A stretch of DNA of 64,000 nt from Chloroflexota bacterium (GTDB lineage: Bacteria > Chloroflexota > Dehalococcoidia > Tepidiformales > Tepidiformaceae), in assembly GCA_026705605.1 (NCBI GenBank), contig JAPPAK010000005.1:13868-77867 (forward strand). Direction: 5' to 3'. The position numbers and the translations under genes are program-made. Position 1 is the stretch's first letter. Each line of letters starts with the position of its first letter. Below, one piece after another: positions 50,355 to 60,800 of this stretch. Under the pieces are notes generated by a model. That model was not told where the DNA came from and did not search any database. It saw nothing but the letters and a program-made list of their open reading frames with translations.

Positions 50355-53300
50355 TTGCCGTCGCCGCCCGCTGCGACGAGGGGCGTCCCGGGCGGGAGGC
50401 CGTGCGGGAAGAGCTCGCGGAAGGGCTCGTTGAAGAAGTCCGGCGCCCCGGGCAGGTAGGCGACATACCCACCGTCCGCGAGCGCGTACAGGGCAACGAT
50501 GCCGCGGCTGCGCGCGCAGGCCGCGATCTGCGCGACGCTTCCGCCCTCGTGGACGACGAGGCTGAAGCCGGGGCCGCTATCCCCGCGCAGGCACTCCGGC
50601 GCGGGCTCGGCGTCATCCGCCCCGGCCCCGGCGATCCACACGCGGTAGACCGCCGTCCGCGCTCCGTCCTCCGACGTGACGGTCACGGTCACCGGCGCGC
50701 CCGCCCGGACCGCGACCTGGTGGCCGTTAGCGGGGTCGCCGTCGGCATCGGCGGGCGCGATCACGACGGTGGCGCTGGCCTGCGCGGGCACGGCCTCGAC
50801 CGTCGCCTGTGTCAGGCTCTCGTCCGCCACGCCCGCGTACTCGCTCCGGCCGGGCGAGAAGGCCCCGAAGGAGACGCCGTCCAGTGTGAGCGAGGTGAGG
50901 CCCTCGGCGACGGCCTCCGGCTCGCCGCCTCGCACCACGACCGGCGTGCCCGCGGGAAGGCCCTCCGGGAAGAGCTCGTGGAAGGGGCCGTTTACGACAT
51001 CCGGTGCGCCGAGGATGTAGGACACCCACTCCCCGCCGGCGAGGACGTAGAGCGCAGCCACGCCGCGTTCCCCGGCGCAGGCGGCGAGCTCGTCGAAGCC
51101 GCCCCCGCCCGCGAGCACGAGGCTGAAGCCTCCGGCCACGACGGGGCCGCGCAGGCACTCCGCCTCATCGAGTCGTGCGTGGGGTGTGGGCTCCTCCGGG
51201 CCGGCGAGCGCCACGCGGTAGACGCGCGTGCGGCTGCTGTCGGGCGAGGTCACGGTGACCGTGATCTCCCTGGTCCCGGCGAGCGTGACCTGGTAGCCCT
51301 CGCTGCTGTCGCCGTCGGCGTCGGGGGGCGCGATGACGACGGTGGCCCTGGCCTGCGCGGGCACGGCCTCGACCGTGGTCTCCTCGACGCCCGTCTCTGC
51401 GCCGCCCTCGTACTCCGTGCGCAGGGGCGAGAACTCGCCGAACCTGACGCCTGCCAGCACGAGCGAGGCCAGCCGCGCATCGATGGCGTCGGGCATGTTG
51501 TAGGTGTAGACGCGGCCGTCGTTGGCGTCGGCGACGTACATGACCGCGCCGTCGGACCAGATACCGCGCGGGCTGTTGTTACTCGCCTTCGAGAGCTCCG
51601 TGAACTCCTCGTCGCGCACGCGCTGCAGCTGCTCGACCTCCGCGGCGGGGCCATTCGCGTCCGGCGCGGGCAGGCGGTAGGCGAAGAGCTGCTTGGCGCC
51701 GTGGTCCGAGACCCAGACCGTGACGCCGTCCGACCAGAGCCCGCGCGGGTCGCCGTTGGCGGGGTCGAGGCCGAAGACGTCGAGCAGGTCGCCGCTCACC
51801 GGATCGTAGGCGTAGAGAGAAGGATTGCGGTTGAGCACGAAGATCGTCTTGCCGTCGGTCCAGACGCCGCGCGGGTCTCGGTTGCCTGGAGCGAGCACGA
51901 TGTCGCGTTCGGGCAGGCGCTCGCCGGTGGCTGCGTCGTAGGCGAAAAGCCGGTCGCGCCCGCTGTCGGCGACCCAGAGCACGTTTCCAGCGCTGGCCAC
52001 GCCGCGGGGCGCGCGGTTGCGCTCGTCGAGCTCGAACTCGCGGCTCTCGACCCGCGCGCCGGTCGCGATGTCGTAGGCGTAGACGGCGTCGTCGGCGCCC
52101 GAGCCGTTCTCGAGCAGCAGGACGGCGTCGCCGTCGCCCCAGAGGCCGGTGGGGTTGTCGTGGCCGGACGCGAGTTGCTCGATGTCGTCCTTCACCGTCC
52201 ACTCAAAGTCGGCTTTGCTCGGCGTAGGACCGGAGGATCCGCCGCCGCCGCCACCGCCGCCGGGGCTTCCGCCGCCAACCGGCCCGACGGCGACCGGTGG
52301 GGGGGTGTCGCTATTGACGAGATTGACGGACACGGAACCGATCCAGCTGTCGTCGAGGTAGGCGTCGATCGCGATGCTCTCGTCGTCCTCGTCAAAGGCG
52401 TCGTAGAGCGTGCGGAAGGTCGTCCGCACTTCCCGCGCGCCGCGGCGCAGGGTGAGGAAACAGGATGAACCGGTGCATCCGCCGGGCAGCAGATAGTCTT
52501 GCCCGGCCGCTGCGGAGCCGCCGAGCGTCAACTCGATGGTCTGGTCGTCGGGGAACGTCACGCCGCCGGTGTTCACCGTCAGCGTGAGCGGCCGCCCCTC
52601 GATCAGCTCCTCGGCGGATGGGGTAACGGTCCAGCTGCGCGTGTCGTTCTCGTCGACGGCGACGGTCGCCTGGTTCGTCGGGGTGGTCAGGTAGGCGGGG
52701 GGATTCGACGAGCTGCCCCGCAGGTACGCCGTCACCTGCCCGCCCTCGGCCCTCACCACCGTGTCGTCGCGTGTTGGGACGCTCAGGCTCGCGGTGGCGC
52801 TGCCCGCGGCGAACGTGACGCTGGAAGGCGCGGAGGCGAGGCTCGCGCCGGTGGCGACCGCCCGGACGGAGACCGTGAGCGTGGAGGTGGTCGAGCCGGT
52901 GCGCTCCAGGGTAAAGGTCGCGGCTTCCCCCTCGCTGACGCTGCTGCCGGCCGTGATGGTAACCTCGGGCACGTTCGCGACGTCGCTCGGCGGGATCGTG
53001 ACCGTGCGGCTGCCGAGGGACGCGTTCGTGAGGACCACCGTGGCGCGAATGGTGACGCTCTCCTTGACGGGCTCGGCAGTGCTGTCGTCCGTCGCCCGGA
53101 TCGTGAAGCTCGTCGAGGATTGCCCGGCGGGGAAGGTCACGGAGTAGGGCGCGGAAATCGCCGAGCCGCTCGCATCCTCCAGGGTGAAGTCGGTCCCGGC
53201 GGTCGCGCTGCCGCCGACCGTGAGGTCGATCGCCGCATCTGCGGCGAAGGTGACGTCATTGGTGATCTTGAACGTGAAGCTGGCGCTTCCTCCTTCGGCC

Positions 53301-56300
53301 ACCTCGCCATCGACCCGGCTGAAGGTGATGGTGGGGTTGGTGGCGTTGGTGAGCGCGACCGTCGTCGAGGAGGTCGATCCGGCGTCGATGGCGCCGGGCA
53401 GCGTCCCGAAGCCGAGCACGATGGTCTCGGCTGCTTCGACCAGCTTGTCCGTCGCGGCCTGGATGCGGAACGTCTTGCTGGTCTCGCCGCGCCAGAACGT
53501 CACGCCCTGCACGGTCGTGAAGTCCGGCGAGAAGTCGGCCTGCGAGGCGCTGGACGCGGTCGCGTCGAGCACGATGGGGATGGTCACGCCGGCGGCGGAC
53601 TGATGCGCCCCAGTCAGCCGCACCACCACGGCCACCGAGCTGCCCTCCCTGACGCTATACGCGGCCCGCTCGAAGGAAACCAGCGGCGCCGGACTGACTA
53701 CGACCCTGAGGGTCTGCTTCAGGGTCGTGCCGTCCGCGGCGCAGATGCCGCCATCGGCGCAGGCCTTGTTGGCGAGCAGGTTGAGCGTGACCGCGCCCTT
53801 GCCAGCGGGGTCGAGCGTGAACAGGTAGGCGTTGGCGGGCTCGCCGTTCGCGACCAGGGCGCTGACGGCGGTGACCGTGCCGCCCGAAACGCTGAGCGAA
53901 GGCGACGTGGTTGCGAAATCGGCGACTGGGCGGTTGAAGGTCACCACTACCTGGGGCGTGTCGTCGTCGCCCCGGTGGAAGATGGAGGTCCGATCGTTGA
54001 CAGGCGCGGCGGCGCTGAGCGCGACCGGCTGGGGGGCGAGGGCGTAGGCGGGCATGGGCGTGGCGCGGATGTTGGCCTGCACCGACGTGTCGGCCGGATT
54101 GGGAATGTCGAAAGCCAGCTTGCGCGTCCCGGTCTTCGGGTCTACCTGCGTGATCGCCTTCTCGACATTGCCGTAACCCGCCCTTTCCTCCGCCCGCTCG
54201 CGCGCCCAGCTGATGAGCCAGTCGCCGTTGTCTAGCACGACCAGGTGTCCACCGCGAGTCCCCTGCAGCGTCTTCGAGTCGTTCTGATCCTTCGCCCAGA
54301 GGAACACCGCCTCGCCGTTCGCGAGGTCGAGCGCGTACTCCACGGCACGCGCATACACGCCCGACTCGCGCGTGCTCTCCCTGGTCACGGGATCGACCAC
54401 GCAGTGTTCGCCGTTGTCGAAGAGCGTGAGCCGGTTGCCGGGATGCAGTTCCGCGCCGTGTTGACCGCAGAATTCTCCTTCCGGGTCGCCGATGATCGTG
54501 AGCGGCTCCGGCCCGAGCCGGCGGCTTTCCCACTGTCCCGGCTCGAGGTTGGTGCGGCCCAGATGCCACTGGGTATTGCCGTTGCGGGCGTTGATGCCCA
54601 GCACCTTCGAGCAGCCGCGGAACGAGGCGGTGATCGTGCCCTCGAAGTAGTGAACCATGTTGACGTGGGCGTAGCGGTCGGCCCAGTGCTGGGTGCAGTC
54701 CTCGTAGGGCAGCTTGCCCCACGACTTCCAGGAGAAGACGGAGCTGCGCGAGGGGCTGACGATCTGGATGCCCGAGTCCTGGTGCCAGCCAAGCGTTCCC
54801 GACAGCCAGTCGTGCAGGTGCGGGAAGTTGCTCAGGTCATACCCATAGGCGGACAGGTCGCGCCGGACCCGATCCTCATACGACATGAGCAGGTAATTCC
54901 CGTTGGGCAGCACGCGGAAGTCATGGACGCCGGTGTTCGTCAGCGGCGAGACATGCGACACGGTTGCGATCCGCTGGAAGTCCTCGTCCAGGACGAAGTG
55001 AGTGGCGTCGATGGCGTTGGGTAATCGGCCTGCTTCTCGGTTCCCGTAGCTGTAGCGATAATCGCCGTTCGCCCCGACGCGAGCGAAGCGGAACCAGAAT
55101 CGCGGGTCGCCGGCGAATACGCCCACGGCCCGCCGGAAGCGGGGCACGCCGTGATGATCGACGATCACCACGTAGTCCCGCATCCCCCACGAGATCAGCT
55201 CTTCCATCGCTCCGCCGCTCACCTCCTCGGCCACGCTCATGTTGGCGAGGAAGTCGTGCACGCAGTGCACGACGTAGTCCGTAAATCCGCCGTCGGCGCC
55301 GCTCGCCCGCACGACGACGTCGCTGTCCTGCGTCACGGCGACGTCGACGGCGGTGCCGCTGGTGGTCTGGACGCCGTCCACCGCGAGGCGGACGCCGGTC
55401 GCCGCCGTGGGCGTGACGGTCATGGTGTCCGTGTCTCCGCAGCTGACCTTGTAGTGCAGCACGTCCGCCTCGAAGCCCGGCGTCAGGGAGAGCGTGGAGT
55501 CCGTGGTCGTCGCCGACAGGCCGGTGAGGGCGCTCGCGACCACGACGTGGTGCGCCGTCGCCTCGGCGCTCTTGTTCGCGCCATGTCCGTCGGTGTACGT
55601 CGCCGTGACGCGCAGGTACTGGCCTGAGTCACCTGCGACCGGCGTGTAGCTGGCGCTCGTCGCCCCCGATATGGTCGACCAGCTGTTGCGTCCGTTGGAG
55701 CGCTGCCAGGCCCAGGTGGTCGTGCCGCTGACGGTGTCGGGGTCGCTCAGTGTGGCGGTGAGCGCCGTGCCGACCTTCGGCCGCACGGGGGCGAGGCTGA
55801 TCGCGCCCGGCTCGTCGACATCGGTGAGGGCCACGGTCACGGCCAGCGTGGCGTCCACCCCGCCGACCGCCGCCGTCAGGGTGATCGAGTAAGACCCGTC
55901 CGCCCCGCTGTCGTCGGGCGACTCGTAGTCGGGCTGCTTGGGTCGGGGCGGGGTGTTCGTCGTGTCCGAGGTGTCGATCAGCCGCAGCGCCCCCTTCGGC
56001 GTGGAGATGTCGAAGTGGCTCGCGTCCGTGCCCGAGATCGCCCACGTGACCTCGTCCACCTCCTCGTCCGCCCCCGTCACGGTGAACGTCCCCACGCGCG
56101 TGGCGGAGTTCTCGGCGTACGAGAGCGGGGCCGTCCCCGAGATCACCGGGGTGCCTGTCGTCGCCGCCCGCGTCGCCGACCAGGCGCCGTCGCCGCTCGC
56201 GTTCACGGCGCGCACCTGGAAGTCGTAGCCGGTCGACGGCGTCAACCCGGTCTGCCGGTAGGACAGCGCGCCCCCGCCCGTGACCCAGATGTCGTCGACC

Positions 56301-56980
56301 GGCGTCCACGAGTTGGAGCTGCTCTCCTTGTACTGCAAGTCGTAGGCGGTGATGGCCTCGCCGCCCGTGCTCGAGGGCGCGGTCCACACGACCGTCACCG
56401 AGGTCAACGTCGGCGTCCCCGAGGCGATAGCGGGGGCGCCCGCCACCGCGTCCGCGCCGACATCCGATCGCGCGCGGATCGGCGCCGCCCGCTGCCAGTC
56501 CACGCGGTGGTTCGGGTTGTGGTCCAGCCCCGCGTGGGCCAGCGCCGCGCCCGCCTGTGACGAGCCCGAGGTGATCGTGCCGCCATTGAGCTCCAGGCTG
56601 TCCGCGAGCACGGCGATGCCGCGGCTGGAGTAGTTCGGCTCGATCACCGTGTGGATGAACGTGAGGCTGACCGTGCCGGAGCCGTCCTCGTAGGCGGCCC
56701 ACTTCTTGCCCCAGTCCGCGGGGTCCATGTCGATCGCCAGGCGCGGCTCGCCGGTCACGTCCACGGCCTCGCTGAACGTCAGCGTCACGCGGATGGTCTC
56801 GCCGGGTCCGTAGGTGTGCTCGCGCTGGGGCGCCGAGGTCACTGCTACGCCGGTCACCGAGGGCCCGTCCTGGCTCGCCGCCGTCCCGTGCCCGAGCACG
56901 AGGGCGAGCAGGACGGCGAGCAGCGCCCCGGCGAGGAGTCTCGCCGGCCACCAGGGGAGGAGGTCACTCCCGGCCCACAT
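50351..56980 (-). CDS. Giant secreted protein: shared N-terminal module, FN3, cadherin-like repeat, arylsulfotransferase (ASST)-like propeller, Calx-beta repeats, poly-Gly linker, WSDG propeller-like repeats, 2x cadherin-like beta-sandwich + C-terminal domain
   Basis: ORF 50351..57106. The start is set at ATG 56980, which gives the signal peptide MWAGSDLLPWWPARLLAGALLAVLLALVLGHGTAAS. ASST-like blocks are HDFRVLPNGNYLL, HVNMVHYFEGTITASFRGCSKVLGINARNGNTQWHLG and CGQHGAELHPGNRLTLFDNG. A Calx-beta-like block is VSFERAAYSVREGSSVAVVVRLTG. The C-terminal third is paralogous to the gene at 2540..10279. Confidence 0.85.
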   Translation of the reverse strand: MWAGSDLLPWWPARLLAGALLAVLLALVLGHGTAASQDGPSVTGVAVTSAPQREHTYGPGETIRVTLTFSEAVDVTGEPRLAIDMDPADWGKKWAAYEDGSGTVSLTFIHTVIEPNYSSRGIAVLADSLELNGGTITSGSSQAGAALAHAGLDHNPNHRVDWQRAAPIRARSDVGADAVAGAPAIASGTPTLTSVTVVWTAPSSTGGEAITAYDLQYKESSSNSWTPVDDIWVTGGGALSYRQTGLTPSTGYDFQVRAVNASGDGAWSATRAATTGTPVISGTAPLSYAENSATRVGTFTVTGADEEVDEVTWAISGTDASHFDISTPKGALRLIDTSDTTNTPPRPKQPDYESPDDSGADGSYSITLTAAVGGVDATLAVTVALTDVDEPGAISLAPVRPKVGTALTATLSDPDTVSGTTTWAWQRSNGRNSWSTISGATSASYTPVAGDSGQYLRVTATYTDGHGANKSAEATAHHVVVASALTGLSATTTDSTLSLTPGFEADVLHYKVSCGDTDTMTVTPTAATGVRLAVDGVQTTSGTAVDVAVTQDSDVVVRASGADGGFTDYVVHCVHDFLANMSVAEEVSGGAMEELISWGMRDYVVIVDHHGVPRFRRAVGVFAGDPRFWFRFARVGANGDYRYSYGNREAGRLPNAIDATHFVLDEDFQRIATVSHVSPLTNTGVHDFRVLPNGNYLLMSYEDRVRRDLSAYGYDLSNFPHLHDWLSGTLGWHQDSGIQIVSPSRSSVFSWKSWGKLPYEDCTQHWADRYAHVNMVHYFEGTITASFRGCSKVLGINARNGNTQWHLGRTNLEPGQWESRRLGPEPLTIIGDPEGEFCGQHGAELHPGNRLTLFDNGEHCVVDPVTRESTRESGVYARAVEYALDLANGEAVFLWAKDQNDSKTLQGTRGGHLVVLDNGDWLISWARERAEERAGYGNVEKAITQVDPKTGTRKLAFDIPNPADTSVQANIRATPMPAYALAPQPVALSAAAPVNDRTSIFHRGDDDTPQVVVTFNRPVADFATTSPSLSVSGGTVTAVSALVANGEPANAYLFTLDPAGKGAVTLNLLANKACADGGICAADGTTLKQTLRVVVSPAPLVSFERAAYSVREGSSVAVVVRLTGAHQSAAGVTIPIVLDATASSASQADFSPDFTTVQGVTFWRGETSKTFRIQAATDKLVEAAETIVLGFGTLPGAIDAGSTSSTTVALTNATNPTITFSRVDGEVAEGGSASFTFKITNDVTFAADAAIDLTVGGSATAGTDFTLEDASGSAISAPYSVTFPAGQSSTSFTIRATDDSTAEPVKESVTIRATVVLTNASLGSRTVTIPPSDVANVPEVTITAGSSVSEGEAATFTLERTGSTTSTLTVSVRAVATGASLASAPSSVTFAAGSATASLSVPTRDDTVVRAEGGQVTAYLRGSSSNPPAYLTTPTNQATVAVDENDTRSWTVTPSAEELIEGRPLTLTVNTGGVTFPDDQTIELTLGGSAAAGQDYLLPGGCTGSSCFLTLRRGAREVRTTFRTLYDAFDEDDESIAIDAYLDDSWIGSVSVNLVNSDTPPPVAVGPVGGGSPGGGGGGGGSSGPTPSKADFEWTVKDDIEQLASGHDNPTGLWGDGDAVLLLENGSGADDAVYAYDIATGARVESREFELDERNRAPRGVASAGNVLWVADSGRDRLFAYDAATGERLPERDIVLAPGNRDPRGVWTDGKTIFVLNRNPSLYAYDPVSGDLLDVFGLDPANGDPRGLWSDGVTVWVSDHGAKQLFAYRLPAPDANGPAAEVEQLQRVRDEEFTELSKASNNSPRGIWSDGAVMYVADANDGRVYTYNMPDAIDARLASLVLAGVRFGEFSPLRTEYEGGAETGVEETTVEAVPAQARATVVIAPPDADGDSSEGYQVTLAGTREITVTVTSPDSSRTRVYRVALAGPEEPTPHARLDEAECLRGPVVAGGFSLVLAGGGGFDELAACAGERGVAALYVLAGGEWVSYILGAPDVVNGPFHELFPEGLPAGTPVVVRGGEPEAVAEGLTSLTLDGVSFGAFSPGRSEYAGVADESLTQATVEAVPAQASATVVIAPADADGDPANGHQVAVRAGAPVTVTVTSEDGARTAVYRVWIAGAGADDAEPAPECLRGDSGPGFSLVVHEGGSVAQIAACARSRGIVALYALADGGYVAYLPGAPDFFNEPFRELFPHGLPPGTPLVAAGGDGN

Positions 56981-57011
56981 GCTCAAAGTGGAACGACCAG
57001 AACAAATATTC

Positions 57012-57027
57012 GGGGGGGGGGGGGGGG
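57012..57027. repeat. 16-nt G homopolymer (poly-C on the coding strand) upstream of the giant gene start
   Basis: Counted directly: c + 9 g (57012-57020) then 7 g (57021-57027). It lies 32-47 nt upstream of ATG 56980, or inside the ORF if the upstream start at 57106 were used (where it encodes TPPPPP). Confidence 0.95.
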
Positions 57028-57195
57028 TAAGCGGGCCGTTCGCCGGGGACGGCGGACGCGGCCACGCGCACGGCGGCGCTGGCGAGCGGCCGTGCTTGTG
57101 CTGCATCCACGGCGATGTCCGGCGGGACGTCCTGCGGAAGCGCCGCTAGCTGCAGGACGACCGACGCGGCCCGATCACGCATGGCTCGCTCACGG

Positions 57196-57792
57196 CTACT
57201 CCGGCCAACCGGGTGGGTACGGTCCGATCGGGACGATCAGCCGCTGACCCCGTGACCGGTGGTACGCGTTCCAGCTCGCCTGGCGGCAGGCGTCCGCATA
57301 GGTGCCGTAGGAGGCCGAGCGGCGCCACTGACCGTTGATGCGCTGCTCCCGGTAGCAGTGGCCGTCGGCGGCGCGCACCGCGCGGTTGTCATCGTCGGCG
57401 TAGTACGCGGCCTCCTCACCCTCCGCGAGCGGCTGACGCAGCGATATGCGCAGGGCGCTCCAACCCTCGATTGATCGGGTGATGCCCTGCTCCTGGACCT
57501 CGCGGACAACCGTGGCAACCTCCTTCGTAGCGCTCACGACGGGTGTGACCACGCGATCACCGTCGTAGACGAACTGGATGCGGCCGGGGTTGTTCCAATC
57601 GAACACCCAGCCGGGCTTCGGCTCCTCGCACGGGATGTCGGACACCGAGCCGGGGCGGCCCCCCGGGAGGGACCAGGTCCCGCTCCCCGGGTCGCATTGC
57701 ACTCCCGAGGCTCCGGCGCGGTCCCCCGATGCGAACGCGAACGTGGCCAGCACGGTGCCCGCCACCAGCAGCCCAGTGAACGTTCCACGCAT
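57196..57792 (-). CDS. Secreted hypothetical protein
   Basis: 198 aa with signal peptide MRGTFTGLLVAGTVLATFAFASG. No family recognised. Confidence 0.55.
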   Translation of the reverse strand: MRGTFTGLLVAGTVLATFAFASGDRAGASGVQCDPGSGTWSLPGGRPGSVSDIPCEEPKPGWVFDWNNPGRIQFVYDGDRVVTPVVSATKEVATVVREVQEQGITRSIEGWSALRISLRQPLAEGEEAAYYADDDNRAVRAADGHCYREQRINGQWRRSASYGTYADACRQASWNAYHRSRGQRLIVPIGPYPPGWPE

Positions 57793-57823
57793 GAGAAGCC
57801 TCCCTCGTTCGTTCCCGCTCGTG

Positions 57824-60800
57824 CTAGTTCCTGGTGAGACTCACCGTGAAGCTGTCGGACTGGTTGCCGAGGAGGTCCTGAAGCGTGCCCACGTTCGTGA
57901 ATAGGTAGTTCAGGTGAGTCGCGTTGGACGGGATCTCGGAGAACGTCAGCGTGAGTTCCGATCCGCTGATCGAGACAGCGGTCGCCGTCTCCAGCAGCCA
58001 GAACACCACCCCGACTTGCCGTCCAAGCGTGAACCTTGAAGGGCCCGGCACGAAATCTGGGTTGAGCGGCTCATCGAAGGTGACGACCACGGTGGTCTGA
58101 CCGCTGGTGTTGACGGCGCTGACGGCGACCGGAGCGGTCGTGTCGGGCGGGCCGGGACGCACGACCGATGCGTACCACGGACTCCAGCCGTTGGCGTTGC
58201 GGGCACGGAGCTCCACCTCGTAGGGCAGGTCCGCAGTCAGACCGGTGATCTCGTGCCGCCTGGGGTTGAAACAGCCAAACCGATCGCTGCTGCACATGAG
58301 GGTCGTGGGACGCGGAACGAGCGTGCCGCTCTGGGTCCAGGCCGATGTTCCCTGCGCCCGGTGGCGCACCTCGTACGCGATCGGGATCGAGCCCCGGTCA
58401 AGCAGCGCCCATTCGACGGTCAGCGTGCGGTTGCCGGGAGTCACCGTGATCGGCGCGGGCAGGGCCGTCTGCGTGTTGGATGCGGCAACCGTGACGGTCA
58501 CGACTTCGGAGGTGAAGCTGTGGCGGGAGACCACCTGATTTGGGGTCACCGGGTTGTTGTCGTGGTCCTCGCTGTTGTCGATACGAGAGCGGACGCGTAC
58601 CTGGTACGTTCCGTCCTGCAGACCGGTGATGGTGCGGAAGCGCTCGGTCGGCTTCGAATCGTCGGTCCAGGTGGTCGACCAGGCGGGCCAGCTGCCATCC
58701 GTGTTCTGCTTGCGCTGTTGGATCTGGTAGCCGGCGATCGCTCCGGGAGCGTTAGGTGAGGGACCGACACTCGAATAGATGACGATCCTGCCCTCGTGGG
58801 TCGCAGCGTTGTTATCGGATGCGGCCGCGCCGCCGGACGCGCGGACGACCTGGGGCGGGGGCCCGCCGACCTCAGGGCCTTCGATCGGAGTTGTGCTCAC
58901 GGACTCGCCGCCGGGGATGGTGGCGGTGGCCTGGACTCCAAAGATGTTGCCGGACGCGGCCAGGCTGACGAGGGTCCGTGGCGGGCAGTTGATTGAATGC
59001 GCACCACTACCGCTGCTATTCAGACGACATACAGCGCTCGTGCGATTCTTGTTGCTCTCAGTTCTCATGAAGGTGCGATCGAGATCGGCATTGCTCTTCG
59101 GGGTATCCATGTCGAACCAGATCTGGAGCGGCTCGGAGAACACCCTGACGGCCGGCGCCCAGACCGTCCAGGCGTTGGTCGCGGTTGAAGCATCCTGGCT
59201 GCTCACGTGGGTGCGGGCGGCGACGCGCGCGGTGTAGTAGGCGCCGTTGGTCAACCCCGTGGTGACGTCGTGGCGGGTGTCGCTCGCGCCCCTGGTCGCG
59301 CTCTGCTTATCGCTAGTGCAGCCAGTCGGGACATTGGGAAGCGGGCAACGCCTCCACTGCACCCGGAAGCCGGACAGCGTCCTTCCGGCCGGCGCGGTAA
59401 AGGCGTCCCAGCGGATGCTCATTTCGCCATCGTTGTTGACGACGATGTGCAGCCCCGTCGGGCTGTTCGCGTCCGCGGTCTCCGAGGGATCCTGGGCGGT
59501 GATGGTGACGCGCTGGGCGGCGGTTTCGTACCTGTTGTCGGACGCGTCGTAGGCGGAGATGCGGAACTCGTGGGGGACGTTGGGATCGATGCCGTAGAAG
59601 ATGAACTGCGGCAGGCTGGGATCGCTTGGGCTGCCGATCAGCGACCAAGACAACGAGCGGTACCGCAGCCAGTCCTCGTGACCGGCGCGCCTGAGTTCGA
59701 GGTCGAACGTCTCACGGGCTGCGCAGCCGGTGCCGTTGATGCTGGTGATTCGGCCGCCGACGCCGTTGCGGGCGTAGGGCTTGACGGCGAGCGTGATGCA
59801 GGCATCCGGCACGTGAGTCGAGTAAGCCGTCACCAGATCGTCCGAGGTTGCATCATCGTCTGAGGACTCATCGGCGTACGTGATGCGGACAGAGAAGAGG
59901 TGGTCTCCTGGTTCGAGTCCGCGGATCGTGTGGGCGCGCGCCTCCGGGTCGCCGACGAGGGCTTCGAGGCTGTTGCCGTGCGTGTCGAAGGCGGACACGA
60001 CGAAGCCGGTGACCTCGCAGTCATCCGCCAGATCGTCGGGCACGGACCAGGCAACGACGGCGCCGCGCCCGATGGTGAGCGCCGTGACCGACGACGGCGC
60101 ATCCAGCGGGCAACCCGAGTCCGGCTCCCAGTCGATAAGAAAGTCGCCCTGGACCGAGGCTGAGAGACCGTCGGGGTCGGTGGCGGTCAGGGTGACGGTG
60201 ATCAGCGGCCGTTCCGGCAGCGCGGGCACGATGGCGTCCCAATCGTCGTCGGCGTCGGCCTCGAAGAAGACGCGCATGGTGGCTTCGCGCGGACGGGGGC
60301 TCTTCGCGGCCAGTTCGTCGCTCCGGCCGTGCGCCCCGATCACGAGTTGTTCCACCAGTTGGCCGCGGCCCGCGGAAATGGCAACGGTATAGCTGAGGTT
60401 GTCGCCGTCCGGGTCGGAGAAGAGGCCGGCGAAGGACTTGCTGACCAGAACGCCCCGCGGGGCGTTGTTGCGGCCCACGAAGGAGTCGTAGTTCCGGGTC
60501 CCGCTGTTGAGCACGGGGGCGCGGTTCGGTTCGCCCGGGCTGAGGCGCCAGTTGACCTTGTGATTGGCGTCGTGATCGAGTCCCGGATGAGCGCGCGCGG
60601 CGTCGGTCTGCGAGTGGGCCGACTGAATCGAACCGCCGCCGAGGTCCAGGGTATTGGCGAGCACGGCGATGCCTCGGCTGGAGTAGTTCGGCTCGACCAC
60701 GGTGTGGGTGAAGGTCAGGCTGGTCGTGCCGCTACCACTGTCGTAGCCGGCCAGTTTGCGGCCCCACTCGGCGGGATCCATGTCGATGGCCAGTTGCGGC

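Noticed and set aside
56981-57106. Upstream start (57106) for the 2,251-aa version of the giant protein
   Set aside because: The extension (MQHKHGRSPAPPCAWPRPPSPANGPLTPPPPPNICSGRSTLS) is non-protein-like and would bury the signal peptide about 45 residues in. ATG 56980 gives a normal signal peptide. It is kept as an alternative only in the poly-C finding.
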